The position numbers and the translations under genes are program-made. Positions 1 through 10,041 of a stretch of DNA of 64,000 nucleotides are shown piece after piece. Position 1 is the first letter of the stretch. Each line of letters begins with the position of its first letter. The notes beneath the pieces were generated by a model, which saw nothing but the letters and a program-made list of their open reading frames with translations, ran no database searches and was not told the origin of the DNA. Origin of the DNA: Marsupella aquatica (Eukaryota; Plantae; Marchantiophyta); the NCBI GenBank assembly GCA_973895155.1, contig OZ316896.1, forward strand, positions 19,704,754 to 19,768,753. The letters are read 5' to 3'.

Positions 1-562
1 TCATCTGGTCGGGTAGAATTCTGAGGCACTCGACCCCCTACCTTAAATTACTCAACACCATCAAACCACAACAGAGTGTAAAAATCACAGCAAGGGCTTG
101 CGACAGCTTCGTATGACATCATATGCCCGTGAGACAAAAACGAATGCAACGAACAACTTGACCCATTCCCCTCTTGGTACTCAACATTGTCTTTCCCCCC
201 ACTCCAGGAGTCTCAACTCTACTCGCAACCAGAAAACTTAGTAAGGAATGATTTGGCGCCAATGTACCATTACCCCTCACCCAACATACCTAAGTATCGA
301 AACCAGAACAGATCAGACACAACTGCAGAGAACTGATTTTAGGGCAGATTCCAAGACTCCAAGCTGACACTGATCGGATGTGATACCACTGGTTTTGCAG
401 ATCTGGCAATGCGAATCCAGTGGTATGAAAAATTTCGCGGATGATATAATTAAATGCCTTGAGTCATTATGCAACCTGATCTATGGAGACCGTAATGAGA
501 AGATAGGTTGTGCCAGAACTCCCAGATACTTAAAGCTGCATGAAAGATCTCCTCATAGTCAA

Positions 563-1240
563 TCACACAAGCTCAAAAAATGACAAAATCTGCGAAAAGA
601 TGTACACACCAGGTGTGCTATCACTCGCAGGGGCCTCCTCATCAAGGCTTCTTGTTGAACTGTCTATGACATGGAGACCTGAAGCATCAGCCTCGTGTCG
701 GGATGGTAGCCAGTCCACAATCATCTCGTACACTTCCTCGGAGAAGTTTGATGGAAGATTCTTCCGTCTGCGTTCGGACGCAGTCATTGCATAGTAAGAC
801 TCCTCCGCATTGCAAACCATTCTCTCATAATCGTAGACTTTCTTAAATTCCCCAGTGACCTTTTCCCACTTCTTTTTGCAACTGGAATGGTCACGGACTG
901 GATTTTTCATCCCCTCGTTCACGAGATTCTCAGCAATGATCTTCCATTTCTCCTTCCCACTTGCCATCTTCTTCTGCAAGGGAGTACCAGAAGTGGCATG
1001 CTCCCATTCTTGCTTTTTGGCAAGAATCAGTTTCTTCAATTCCTGGGGACTCCAATCGGGTAGCTTTCCTCTCGCCGCTACAGTTGCTCGTGATGGACCT
1101 CCACTACCTGTTATTGGATTAGAAATCGGGGAAGAGTTCTCTGGTTTCTGCTCTTGCACACCAACTCCACGGTAGGCCTGCTGGGGTGGTGGTTCTATGC
1201 TTTGAGGCACCTGGCTTTCTGAAGCTTGCCATTCAAACAA
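563..1240 (-). CDS. Myb/SANT-like (trihelix, GT/ASR3-like or Harbinger-derived) DNA-binding protein exon; gene model incomplete or possibly disrupted
   Basis: The ORF contains W-SPQELKKLI...KWKIIAENL...RDHSSCKKKWEKVTGEFKKVYDYE...SYYAMTASERRRKNLPSNF, the Trp-spaced trihelix pattern. There is a GT donor near 610 (G|gtgtgt). The strongest upstream acceptor (ttccacag, ~1262) leads to early stops in all three frames. Confidence 0.75.
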   Translation of the reverse strand: MFEWQASESQVPQSIEPPPQQAYRGVGVQEQKPENSSPISNPITGSGGPSRATVAARGKLPDWSPQELKKLILAKKQEWEHATSGTPLQKKMASGKEKWKIIAENLVNEGMKNPVRDHSSCKKKWEKVTGEFKKVYDYERMVCNAEESYYAMTASERRRKNLPSNFSEEVYEMIVDWLPSRHEADASGLHVIDSSTRSLDEEAPASDSTPGVYIFSQILSFFELV

Positions 1241-1532
1241 CCATGGTCACAGGAGTCCATCCTGTGGAAAGTTAGAGGAGATACCGACCAACCAACAATT
1301 CATCGAGATTTTTCAGAAACAAAGCCCAACATGTCCCGGCGTGCCCTTCAAGAATTAATTTGCCAACGCTTAGCCTGAGCTAAACTATAGTTGCAGGCAA
1401 ATTGCACACGTAGACGAAGACAGCTCTGGAGCTCACGGACAGACCTGGGGTCGGGGGAAATGCTCAAGAATGGATCACAAGGACTTTTTTCTTCATTTTG
1501 TATATTCACCATTCGGTCAAACAACATACACA

Positions 1533-1920
1533 CCTCTTGCAGCAATTTTGGGGTTTGCTGAAGCGATTCTGGTGGTTGCAAGAGGACCACTTCTTGCAGT
1601 TATTGCATTAGGAGTAACACCCGTGGTTCCATAAGTAGGAACTCGATCCAGAGCTGCTGCTCCGGTTGCAAGCGTAGCAACGCCTCCTCCTGTTTCATTT
1701 GAAACACCCACTCCAGCCGCTGCATGAGGTGCATGTCTTTCGACGGTAGGAATGGGAGCGGGTGGAATGGGAGCAACAACTCCTGCCATTGTTTGAGAAG
1801 CAACTCCTATTGCCATAGGAGGAACTCCAGTCCCTTGTGGAGGAACGCCTGGTGCAGTTGCATACGTAAATGTTGCATACGGACCAACTCTTGCTGTTGC
1901 ATAGGGAGCCACTCCAACTG
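1533..1920 (-). CDS. Ala/Gly/Pro/Thr-rich low-complexity exon, probably an upstream exon of the trihelix gene
   Basis: Open frame VGVAPYATARVGPYAT...ANPKIAAR lies between a ctgcag acceptor (~1920) and a G|gtgtgt donor (~1533), both phase 1. Confidence 0.45.
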
Positions 1921-2957
1921 CAGTACAAAAATATATATATATCAGCACGTAAAATTAACGTCTGGTTCAGATCATCCCTTAGCAGCACTGACTATAATGA
2001 AAGAGAACTCTCCGAAATAGAAAACGAGAGACTAAGGAAAAGCAAATTCGGAAGAAAAACCATGTCGCGGGAATGCGAACACGAGAAGGAGCAACGAGGA
2101 GCAATTTCAGGTCGAGTCGGTGAGCCAAACTCCGACCTCCTGTATAACACTGGAAACGGCCCGACGCAATCCATAGCACTGACAATCTCACAACACTTGG
2201 ACATAAAAAAGATAATTGACAGACACCACCAGAATTTTGTCACACACGGAAGACTGATTCTTAGTGGGCAAGCTGAGTTCTCACAGCACGAGAACTGGCT
2301 GACTAGCTGTGACAGAAATCCTCCCGCGAGGTATCTCGCACGTGGATACCGTCCTCCCAGGAACTTTCATGATTTCTCAACTGACCAGCCATAGGCATCT
2401 AAACAATGTAATAGAAACTCGGCACAAGGCATTCCGCAAGGAAGAGATAATCCCAATGTCGAGGATTCTAACGGTAGCAGAGGTCTACACTGACCTCGGG
2501 AAAAGCATAGTATGAGCCTGTCAATTTAGACAGTTGAACGAACAACATCTAAGAAATGACAAAGAAAAGGAGACTTCCAAGTCTAGGATTAGCAAGCTGC
2601 TGTAGGCATATGGACCTATGAGACAGATGAAAATTCTAGGGCAAGCGCGAACTGAGCCTACCGACCCACCCACCCAATGAGAAAATCGGCCCACCAACTT
2701 CCGCATGTGCGAAGAAAGAAAGAAGTAACGAAAGAATGGATGGAAAAAAAACATTTACGTCCACGGAACCCCAACTGAGACCAGAGCAAAGAGTACATGG
2801 ACGTCTGTGCTTGCCAAGAAGGCCAGCGTATGCTGGCTGATCAACAAGCAGATTTTCAGTCCCAACCACTTCCCCGAAGTAGCGAGCGGGGCATCAATCA
2901 ATCCACGAAGTCAGTGGCCATCTCTCCGGAACAGCAGACAATGGGTCCGCCCATCTA

Positions 2958-3292
2958 TCATTCTCTCGGACTGGGAGTAGATGCTTCTCCTTGAATGAGT
3001 GGCTCTCCATTCATTCTTCACCTAGACTAGTACAGAAAACAAGGCGGGGCGGGGAGTGGCATAGCAGGGCATAATGCGGTATACCTCGAGGGACTACTGC
3101 AGCTGCAGGCACGTACGTGTAATTTCCGGCCGGGACAAGACTGCCGTTGTTGAGAATGCCAACTCCATTGGGCCCGACCAGAATTCCTCCTCCATAGGCG
3201 TCCTTGAGCGTCTTGTACACTTCGGAGGCTGGCTGTCCAGCCGGGAATGGCGGCAGCTGCAAATTCCCCACAAATACGTTCATCGTCGACAT
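2958..3292 (-). CDS. Small (~79 aa) two-exon protein resembling a ubiquitin-like N-terminal 'header' module
   Basis: GC-rich exon 3292-3085 (gcagccATG; MSTMNVFVGNLQLPPFPAGQPASEVYKTLKDAYGGGILVGPNGVGILNNGSLVPAGNYTYVPAAAVVPR, then G|gtatac). Candidate exon 2 at 2989-2958 gives GEASTPSPRE*. A probable 5'UTR intron acceptor (ttcacag) lies just upstream of the ATG. Confidence 0.5.
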
Positions 3293-4652
3293 GGCTGCCT
3301 GTGAAATCGCTCTTCGTCAGCGCCACCGCCAAACACAACCTGTAGCTGGCCCGGCCCAGCCAGCACGATGCAGCAGTTCGTTCCAAGTTGGGGTGAGAGT
3401 CCGAGGTGAGTTGGTGAGTTGGAGAAGAGAAAAGAGTGGAGAGGGGGAAGGCCGGGTGAGGCTGGATTGATCAAAAGCTCCGGAAAAGAAATTGGTCGTT
3501 CACAAGGGAGAGCGGGGAGAGCGGCGCATCAGACGGGCTGAACAACCAACGAGAGCAAGGACGAAGGGATGGAGTTGTTGCATGCGGTAGATGAAGTTCA
3601 ACGACTGTTCAAAGAGAGGGGAAAAAAATAGGGGAGGAGGGACTACAAATAATGAATCGACACAATCTGTCAGTCCAATGAAGGCCAGCAGTTTTACTGA
3701 AAATTCCTAGAGGATAGACAGAAATCCCAAGGGCAGAGTGGCGGGCGCAAGAAGCATCAGAGGAACCACCACATTCCAAGTGGATGGGTAGAAGAAGGTC
3801 GAAGAGGAGGCAGGCACACAGGTCCCGGGCAGGGAGGCAGCAATGTGAGCCGAGAAACACGGCAGGACTAAGTTGATAGCACACAATAAAGTGGATTATG
3901 AAATTCATTAAGGGCTATGTTTAATGTTAGCCCCACTTCTCTGTCATTTATCTTTACTTGGCTTTCAGAGATGCAAGCACGGAAGCTAGGAAGCAATTGC
4001 TCTGCAGCTACTGCTGTGGTGTAACGGAATTCAAAGAGCCCCACGAGGGAGAGATAGATGGATAGAAAGCCAGTAGGCTCGGATCTGGGTGATAATCAAA
4101 TCCTGGGATTATGAAATGAAGCACAACCAAAACAACGATGAACAGTGTGGCCTCCCACCTGAGATGTTTCCTGTCAATCCCTCTCGACTTGGTGCATAGT
4201 CCACAGACCGACGTTATCTGTCGGTCTCAAATCCTCCAAGCAGTCTCCAAGGCGACGGGGCCGTGTGACAAAGTCCCCATTGCAGGCAGGGATGAAGGAA
4301 ACGATGCAAAGGAACCTTGGAATTGTGCTTACACACCGTCCATAAAAATGCTTCCAAATCTCAGCCTTGGAATGCCGCCCCCGCCCGACAACTCCATGGC
4401 TATGCTTCTTCCAACTCCTCAGCAGCGCAGATTCCCACCACCACCTTGAGAGTATTTCACCCTCGATACATCCCACATAAATGATGGCATTAATCTTCAA
4501 CCCCACTGATGTTGATGATCGGCCCCATCCTCATCCTGAGCGTTCCCTACTGACTCTCTTGCCCTGTCTTCATTATCAGCGCACGACCATGAGGGTGGAG
4601 AAGAGAGCCCGTTGAAAGGTGATCCAATCGACACACAGCAGAGCTACTACTA

Positions 4653-4702
4653 CAGTCCAGTCCAGTCCAGTCCAGTCCAGTGCAGTGCAGTGCAGTCCAG
4701 TC
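4653..4702. repeat. (CAGTC/CAGTG)n pentanucleotide microsatellite
   Basis: About 10 units, directly visible. Confidence 0.9.
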
Positions 4703-7626
4703 TTCTAGAGCAATTGGAGCCAGCTCAACTCACAGCGAAGGAACCAACCAATCCAGAGTTTTCCGCTGTTTCCACCTGATGAGAAGAAGAGAGGAGCAGA
4801 GTCTACGCTCCAAACTAGCCATTCTACAGATAGACAACCCTTGACTCGCTGTCTAGATGGATGCCCCTTCCAGGCGCTCACTTGTCTCTTGAGATTTTAT
4901 GAGTGGGGCATCGCACCCCAGAGTAGTGCTGTAGTGCTAAGACCGTCAGTTTGCAGTCCAGGTATGCGCAGTCGTCAGGGTTGTTCGCATTGTTATGTTT
5001 TGGTTCCAACTGCAACGATTACAATCGAGATGCGACTCCTACAGTAGTGATGAGTCGGAACTTTTCAGCCTGGATAAATTGTCTGACCGATGTACTTAAC
5101 CTGAGTTGCGAGGAAAGTCCCTTCCCACGAATTGCCTCTCAACCAGTAATTTTCTTGGACGACAATCACCGCAAGGGTAGATACTATGTAGTATGTAGCC
5201 CTTTTTTGTCATACATATGGACTAATCCAGAAAGCACCTTTTGGGCTCAACAGTAAGGTACATAAAGTACATTTACTGCTTGACACCAATATTTTTTAAG
5301 AACAGGTTTGACCACTCTGCCAGAGGTCTGCCTTACTTTAGAGAGACAGGCTGGTGCTGGTGGTGTGTACATACTTATGACCCTGGGAAAGAGGCACATG
5401 AGCAGAATCGCAGACGACTTAGCTTTACTGTAGCGGTCGGGTGGGAGATGAGCTTTGCAATCCGAAGAGCGGGTCCTGAATGTCAATAGACAGAATCTGA
5501 ACTATTCCTTACTTGGAAGAGAAACCACGCAGGCTGCCTTGATCCAACCATGCTACCAAGCTCCATAGCCCTATCCAAGCAGCCAGGTTCGTCTGACTAG
5601 TAAGACTAGTAACAAAGTTGCTCGTAGTTCAGATATGGAAGTAACTCCTACCAAAGAAGCTACCAAATATTCCAACACTCAAATGAATGGCCAAAATGTT
5701 AACCTCAGCAAGTGGACATTGAAATCTGGCCTTTGCAAGTCCTGTTTCAGTAAGGCACACTGGACCATCACTATTTGCACCTATCCATGGATCAACGCAG
5801 GTGAAGGATTACCACACACTCTATCAAAATACCAGCAAATAATTGGAGAGCTATTGTTTACTCAACACCGACTTGGCAGACTACCATGCGAAGATATTGA
5901 AAACGTTATCAAGACTTCCGCCCGCATGAGGTGGGTCGAGTAAGGAACACGTCCCAACGGAGAAGTCGAGAAAATTTTGTGGTCCGTCGAAATTGATTTC
6001 CACAGTTGTTCTATTCCAGTACATTTGAGAAAACTCGTTTGTGTTCTGTGCTGTTTTCTCCCAGGGAGAATTAGTCGACCCTTTCAACCGGCAAGTTAGA
6101 TTACCGGTGATCCACGAAGAGACTTGATGGTGGAAACGAAGGGCTTTCTTTCAGAGTAGAAGGGTGGATTTCCAAGTTTATTCCACAATGTGGATATAAT
6201 ACTAGGTGATGCCAGTTTTTATTCACCTCCATGACCTTCAGCAGAAATCCTCAAGTTGGACAAGTGAAAGTTCTCATGATAGATAGAGAGTACATGGATT
6301 ACCGTAGGCTTTCCAGATGAACCGCAACTCTAATAAAGCTTCCTTCTGTAGGAGGACGTCCACTATCTGCCCTGGACCACGAACAACAAATGAAGCAGGA
6401 ACTCTTTGGCTGAAGGCAGGATCCAGTGATCTCTCTAATCTTTACCGTGACACAAACTTCCCCCAGTTTTCAAATAAAGAGCCAGGCCCTGGTCACTAGG
6501 CCAAATGCCTCACACGTCACACACATTTGCCCATTTGTCCAACAGATTCTGAGCGGAATTTCCGTAGAATTGAACTTCCAAAGTTCATGCCAACCTTACT
6601 ATCTCCAGAAGAAAGCTAGCGTTGATTGCCCAGCATCGTTCTCTTCGTGGGCAGAAAGATTATGACCAGAGGACAATTTCAGATTTACTTTCATGTTATA
6701 ATTGTGAACCCCTAATCGCAGTCTACAATTCCGGTGTACAATCGGTAACAACCATTAAATCCACCATGGGCTCAATGAAAAGTAAACATTTTACTTCAAA
6801 ATATTCTTAACCTCTATAATTCTCTTGGCCTCAAGTGGGGAGACTCCAGCAACCCCTGGGTACTTCTAATTGTCCTCAATCCTAAAGTTTGTGCCGCCAA
6901 TTGTTCTACAGAAATCATCAGGGTTCTAAGTTTTACATGCAGCTAACAAACTTCGGCCTGTGAAGTGGTTGTCCTGGAGATCGTGTCCTCCTGCGAAGGA
7001 TGAGGAGGACGTATCCAGTAACTCCACAAATTCATGTCACTATAACTGAAGTGCACTAAACGTCGACAGCGGCCCTGATAAACGCGTTCAGTGCTCAATG
7101 CTTGATTGAAATAACAATTTTACCCCTTCACATTCAAACGAAAGGGGTGGCGACAGGGATCTCCAACATTCTAACCATTTCCGTTCGGTATATCTTCTAT
7201 TTGATCCACGGAAGGGTGACATCCATTTGTCAAAGTTAAGAGAAAATATGGGATCTCAAAGGTGGTGCTGAAAGGACCCAGCAATCAAGGTGTACCTACA
7301 GTTTCATGGGTCCTCTCGCATTTACCAGCTCTTTCGTATTATCCATTTACTTCTGCAAGGAGACATTTACTTACCGGTCATCAACAACGCTTGGAGTTAG
7401 GCATACAAACAAGAAACCGACTTGCAAATCAATTCTTAGACACATGATGGTTGAACCAATTATGATGAAGAGAAGGATAATCACCCATGGGAAAGTGCTG
7501 GGTTGTAATGGCGGCAGATTCCCTCCTGGAGATAGTCGGAAGACACTCTCATCTGAATAGGTCATAAATGTCAGAATCTTAAGATCCTGCCCACAGCAAC
7601 AGAGGACCGGATAGTAAACATGTCAC

Positions 7627-8571
7627 CTCACGAATAAAGTCTGCTACAGCTCTTGCTCCCTCTGATGCCAGTTCCATGATGTTCTCGAAGACGTCCATGG
7701 GGAGTTTAGATTCCATCTGTAAAAGCGAAATCTTGTCAGATAGGTCGTGGCACCTCACCACAATACCACCCAGCATTGTCTTGGTCTAGCCATCGACATC
7801 CATGACAGCATAGAACTGTAGTGAAAGTCGGCTGACACTTCGTCAGACGAACTTCATGTCAACCATGATGACTTTCTCACTGTTTCCTAACTTAACCCTG
7901 AACAATAATGCAAATGCATTCCTCCCATAAGATCACCTGCAAGGGAGATATCTTGTCCAGTTTTGGGAACAGCGCCACTGTGAGATCCGGACCGCCCTCA
8001 CTGTTCTCCATGTAATCCAAGTCCAAGATAGAAAGTAAGCGGATTAGAGGGGCAAATACTGCGCGGACGTTCTGAGAAGCAAACTATAAAGTGAACACGG
8101 ACCAGATGTGCCTGATTTCTAGTTATTCATGGGAAGATTTCACAAATAATTAGCATTCAGTTCAGCTCCAGCTGCATTTTTATTACTTGTGGAACTGTTC
8201 CACTCACTATCGCTAATACGAAATTTACCGATGACTCCAAATTATGTTCGCGAGAAAATTTCCCAATTTCGATCAAAGAGGAGAATGGATCACACACAAA
8301 TGCGACAATATCCCACTTTCATTCCCAGTGACAGAGCCTTCGCCATATTCAAGTATCACACCCCTGAATGGATTAACTACAGACAGGGCTAATAACAGAG
8401 TATCACTGCTCAATTGTCATAGGCCTATGGCCACTTACAGCATTTTGGAGGTAATTACCCACTATAGAAGTGAGATTGAGGTAACATGCTGCACAGCAAC
8501 GAGATCTTGCATTGGAATCCCTGCATCTGCAGGCGCCATAGTTGCAGCATTGATGCACCACGCTCGTATTC
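7627..8571 (-). pseudogene. RRP41: Exosome subunit RRP41 (RNase PH-like) pseudogene, three 3' exons
   Basis: Exons 8571-8459 (GIRAWCINAATMAPADAGIPMQDLVA..), 8022-7937 (DLDYMENSEGGPDLTVALFPKLDKISPLQ) and 7716-7627 (MESKLPMDVFENIMELASEGARAVADFIRE) match the recalled plant RRP41 C-terminus. The first exon is phase1/phase1 but 113 nt long (frameshift), and the acceptor of the second reads GG instead of AG. Confidence 0.85.
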
Positions 8572-9300
8572 CTGAAGATCCAAACTGAGGGGAACCTTCT
8601 GAGAAGTCATCCGAAACAAGGATTCTTCAGCAGTCTGTCCCTTGCCGGACTTTGAGATCAATGCCATTCTTTCATGCAATGAAGTGACGGGAAAAAAAAG
8701 AAACTATAGTCATTCACGCAAGACACTTGCCTCAGTTTGCTTAAAGGACCTGCACTAACCAGATCCCCAAACTGAATGCTTGCATTTTCAGGACAGACCC
8801 TCCGCTATACTCGTAGGCAAAACAGGTGAACTTTGAAATAACCATAGACAATAGACCCTATGAACACGAAATCATTGTAATTGTTCACCACAAATTGGTT
8901 ATAATGTGGGACAGGTCATGCTGTAGCTCTATTTCTTGATGTCCACGCATTGAGCCAAGAGCTTGTGACAGTCAGATACGCTGCACCAAGGTGAGCAAAT
9001 TGGTTTCCCAAAATCCCAATTACGAAAATTTATCTAGATCCCAATGATAGTTTACCCAAATTCTTCAAGTAAGCGTACGAAACCCTGTCATCTAGTTGCT
9101 GACTCCGATCTTTGAACTGAATTACTTATCATTACGACTCGAAACAAAATAATTGCAGAACGAAGCACACAGAGGTAGAACTCAGCCCGTCGTCAGAATC
9201 AGGCCTACCAAGATGCAACTCTCATTCAGCGCTGATTTGAATGTCTCCTATATTTTCAGGTCCGGCTACTACACCATTTTGTGGAGAGATTTAAAAGCAG

Positions 9301-9535
9301 AAAGCGAAGAGAGGAAATAAAATGCAACAAACTCACGTTTGACAAATCCCACGGAATCCTCGTCGTCAAGGCATTCCACGGGCGGTCTGCAGGCTCGCTG
9401 TGAATGCACCATCCACAATTCTTCATCTTTCCCAAAACAGCTTGGAGAGAATCTGTTGATACCGAGCAGATTTAAACCGTTGAATTGTGCTGGAAGCTTG
9501 GGCTTAAACCCTAATCATTGGGCTTCCACCTCTAG
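9301..9535 (-). pseudogene. Decayed duplicate of the DHX35 promoter, exon 1 and start of intron 1
   Basis: 9321-9396 (aatgcaacaaactcacgtttgacaaatcccacggaatcctcgtcgtcaaggcattccacgggcggtctgcaggct) aligns by eye to ~28068-28143, and 9503-9534 aligns to the telo-box region 28512-28543. The ATG-bearing segment is missing. Confidence 0.8.
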
Positions 9536-10041
9536 ATTCCTTTCCATCATTAATTGAAGGTCTGCCTTGAGTAAAGACTAGCTCTGTATTCTTCCATCTG
9601 ACATCGCGTAACGGACACGCGGCACTCCTGAAACTATTGAGAACCTTACACTAGTACGCAGAATAGATGAAAACGATAGAAAGGGCCAAAGCAAAGTAAA
9701 AATGGACTAAAAGCATAACAGATCGAGAGGACAAACACTAAACTCAAAAGAAGAGGGCATATGCGAACCCCACATACTAAGAAAGGAATAAAGTCAGAAA
9801 CAAAGATCTAAATCGTGTGATATCTGATGGTTCACATCTGTCAAACAAAACGGGGATTTTGTACACTTCTCGTAGATACTGCCAGAGGGGGTTTAATATA
9901 TTAAAATAGAAAACCCTTATGATGAGTGACCTTATGCTTCTAGTTTTTCTGGAGAGCTTGGTTTGAGAAAAAGCGAAAATGAAGCCTCGATAACCTGAGT
10001 CTATTATTGAAGCCGTCCTTGCAGCATCATCTTCCGCGTCA

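Noticed and set aside
400-510. Plus-strand SSGMKNFADDIIKCLESL segment as an inverted C-terminal exon of the trihelix gene
   Set aside because: The resemblance is only impressionistic, the splice phase does not fit, and no inversion breakpoints are visible.
4100-7560. Short ORFs and exon-like fragments
   Set aside because: No recognisable motifs and frequent stops, so they cannot be assigned without a search.
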